A stretch of 64,000 nucleotides of DNA from Dehalococcoidia bacterium (GTDB taxonomy: Bacteria > Chloroflexota > Dehalococcoidia > UBA2979). Made by a program: the position numbers and the translations under genes. Positions 62,403 through 64,000 of the stretch are shown piece after piece. The stretch covers positions 1,696,001 through 1,760,000 of the forward strand of contig OZ244720.1 of NCBI GenBank assembly GCA_965219085.1. The letters run 5' to 3'. The notes below the pieces were generated by a model. The model was given only the letters and a program-made list of their open reading frames with translations, did no database searches and had not been told where the DNA came from. How positions within the stretch are numbered: position 1 is the first letter of the stretch; the number at the start of each line of letters is the position of its first letter.

Positions 62403-63566
62403 ATGCGACTCGAACTCCCGGGAATCGGATATCAGCAGGGCAACAGGCAGATGGTAGTGACCGCCCTGAATCCGGTCGCGCTGGTGAAGACCGTGACTAG
62501 TCCCGACCGGTGGAACCCACTCGGCAAGCAGCCGCACGGCAATCGCCCCCAGGACAAGGGTCACCGCGAGGGTATCGCCCAGTATCTCGAGGAGGAGGAG
62601 AACTTCGTCCTTGGCGCTGTGGTCTTGTACGCCTCGCCACGTGATGCGGCGTTCGAGCCGAATGAGGTTGGCGCGAACGGCCCGGTGCAGGCGGGGACCC
62701 TCAAGCTGGAGTTCGGGGCTGAGTTCGATGTCGGAGACGGCCAGCACCGGATTGGTGCTTACAGCGACGTGATGGCCCGTCATGACGAGGACGGTGACCC
62801 GGTCCTTGAACGGCTCCGCGCGTCTGGGCAGCCCGCGGTCGTCGTCATCGACGATGAGCCCCTGCACCGCGCCCAGGACTTCACCGACCTCCAGCGCAAC
62901 GCGAAGCCGCCCTCGAACTCGATCGCGCTGAGCATGGACCGGCGCCAGTCAGTGAACCGGATGCTCATCGACCTCGTGCAGGACTCGTCGCTGTCGGTCT
63001 TCGACGGAGGCGACCGCGTGGAGTTCTTGAAGGACTCCCCTGGAAAGCTCTCCGCGAAGCTCTTCTCCTTCAGCACGATCCGCTACATGAGCGGCACGGC
63101 CCTGGTTGGCACCGGCCAGCGGAGCACGCGCGGGTGGGACAAGGCCGTCAACGCGCTCATCGACGAGCGCCCCGACGAGTCGCGCGCTGCGCTGCGCGAC
63201 TTCTGGCAGGCGTTCGGCGCGCTCCCACCGATCGCGGCGATCATCGAGGGCGAATTGACCCCGGCGAAGCTCCGCGAGGAGACGCTCCTCGGCGCTGCGG
63301 GCGTGCTCTACGCGCTCGCTTCCGCCGCGTATGCGGCCTCCGAGGACGGGATGGGCCTCGGCGAGGCGGTCACAGCGTTGCAGGGCGTCAGCTTTGCCCG
63401 CCCCGCGCCGCCGCCGGAGGACGCCACGCTGACCCTCGCGGACAGCATCTTCGCCGGAACGTTGATCGACTCCGAGACGGCGAAGGTCGGGTCGGGACGC
63501 CCGGCGTGGGAGGCGGCCGCCGAGCATCTACGAGGGGCTATTGTGGGCGTGCGGGCGGCGGCATAG
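62403..63566 (+). CDS. DGQHR/DndB-family protein (ParB/Srx-like fold)
   Basis: GNRPQD..H..GIAQYL, VGDGQHRIGA, QDFTDLQRNAKPPSNSI, SAKLFSFSTI; GGAGG RBS. Confidence 0.85.
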   Translation: MRLELPGIGYQQGNRQMVVTALNPVALVKTVTSPDRWNPLGKQPHGNRPQDKGHREGIAQYLEEEENFVLGAVVLYASPRDAAFEPNEVGANGPVQAGTLKLEFGAEFDVGDGQHRIGAYSDVMARHDEDGDPVLERLRASGQPAVVVIDDEPLHRAQDFTDLQRNAKPPSNSIALSMDRRQSVNRMLIDLVQDSSLSVFDGGDRVEFLKDSPGKLSAKLFSFSTIRYMSGTALVGTGQRSTRGWDKAVNALIDERPDESRAALRDFWQAFGALPPIAAIIEGELTPAKLREETLLGAAGVLYALASAAYAASEDGMGLGEAVTALQGVSFARPAPPPEDATLTLADSIFAGTLIDSETAKVGSGRPAWEAAAEHLRGAIVGVRAAA

Positions 63567-63586
63567 CCGCCCGCGCCCCGGCCCAT

Positions 63587-63934
63587 ATGGCTCTCTACGA
63601 CGTCGAGGCGGAGACGGCCGCGCGCGTGCTGGCACGGGACAACCACGCGTGCAGTATGTGCGGCCTCCAGCCTGGCGATCCCGACCCGCATGATCCGCGC
63701 ACGCCTGTGCGCCTCGTGATCCAGCCCGTCCTCGACCGGCCGTTGCGCCCCGAGGACGGGCCTGACGATCTCCGCGCTGTCTGCAACGTGTGCGCGGAGG
63801 GTCTGGCGGGCTTCGATCGCCCTCCGCCGACCCCGGTCGCGGACCTCCTGCGCGATCTCCGCCGAGCGACCGTGGCCGACCAACGCAGGGCGCTCGAGTG
63901 GCTACAACGCAAGTTTGCGCGGGAGCGAGCGTGA
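63587..63934 (+). CDS. HNH-like Zn-finger protein with degenerate catalytic residues
   Basis: VLARDNHACSMCG...DPHDP..RLVIQPV...DDLRAVCNVCAEG...LRRATVADQRRALEWL. Confidence 0.65.
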   Translation: MALYDVEAETAARVLARDNHACSMCGLQPGDPDPHDPRTPVRLVIQPVLDRPLRPEDGPDDLRAVCNVCAEGLAGFDRPPPTPVADLLRDLRRATVADQRRALEWLQRKFARERA

Positions 63935-64000
63935 TGCCCCGGCTCGGCACGACCAACGCCAATGCCGAGCTCGCCGTGCGTCTCTACAGCGAACTGCTTG
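63934..64000 (+). CDS. Start of a translationally coupled ORF (truncated by the window edge)
   Basis: TGATG overlap; MPRLGTTNANAELAVRLYSELL... Confidence 0.5.
   Translation, partial: MPRLGTTNANAELAVRLYSELL

Overview
Very GC-rich bacterial chromosomal segment. The gene content (Tat-exported DppA-like lipoproteins with poly-Asp linkers, paired family III CoA-transferases, acyl-CoA dehydrogenase/MaoC/DUF35/thiolase-like catabolic genes, PaREP1 paralogues) suggests Chloroflexota/Dehalococcoidia (SAR202-like), which is an inference. The backbone carries an ATP-dependent ligase, a KamA-like radical SAM enzyme, acnA, putA, five tRNAs (Val-CAC, Leu-CAG, Arg-GCG, Arg-TCG, Arg-TCT), an archaeal-style nurA-herA-sbcD-sbcC operon, a molybdopterin oxidoreductase, peptide ABC components and a cobalamin riboswitch with btuF. 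Main points of interest: (1) a UGA-split redoxin gene (44291-45382) that reads as a selenoprotein (WASW-U-GC) with a SECIS-like hairpin. (2) Small accessory cassettes with no transposase that show insertion scars at regulatory elements: a DUF6978/DUF1828-like pair sitting between the two arms of a hairpin at the acnA stop, a GIY-YIG gene carrying a duplicated promoter/RBS/start, and a PaREP1 array flanked by a duplicated terminator. (3) At the right edge, a DGQHR/DndB-like gene preceded by three direct repeats at an exact 21-bp period and followed by an apparently catalytically dead HNH protein and a truncated ORF. (4) Several pseudogenes and a deletion scar. Family names come from motif recognition by eye; no searches were run.
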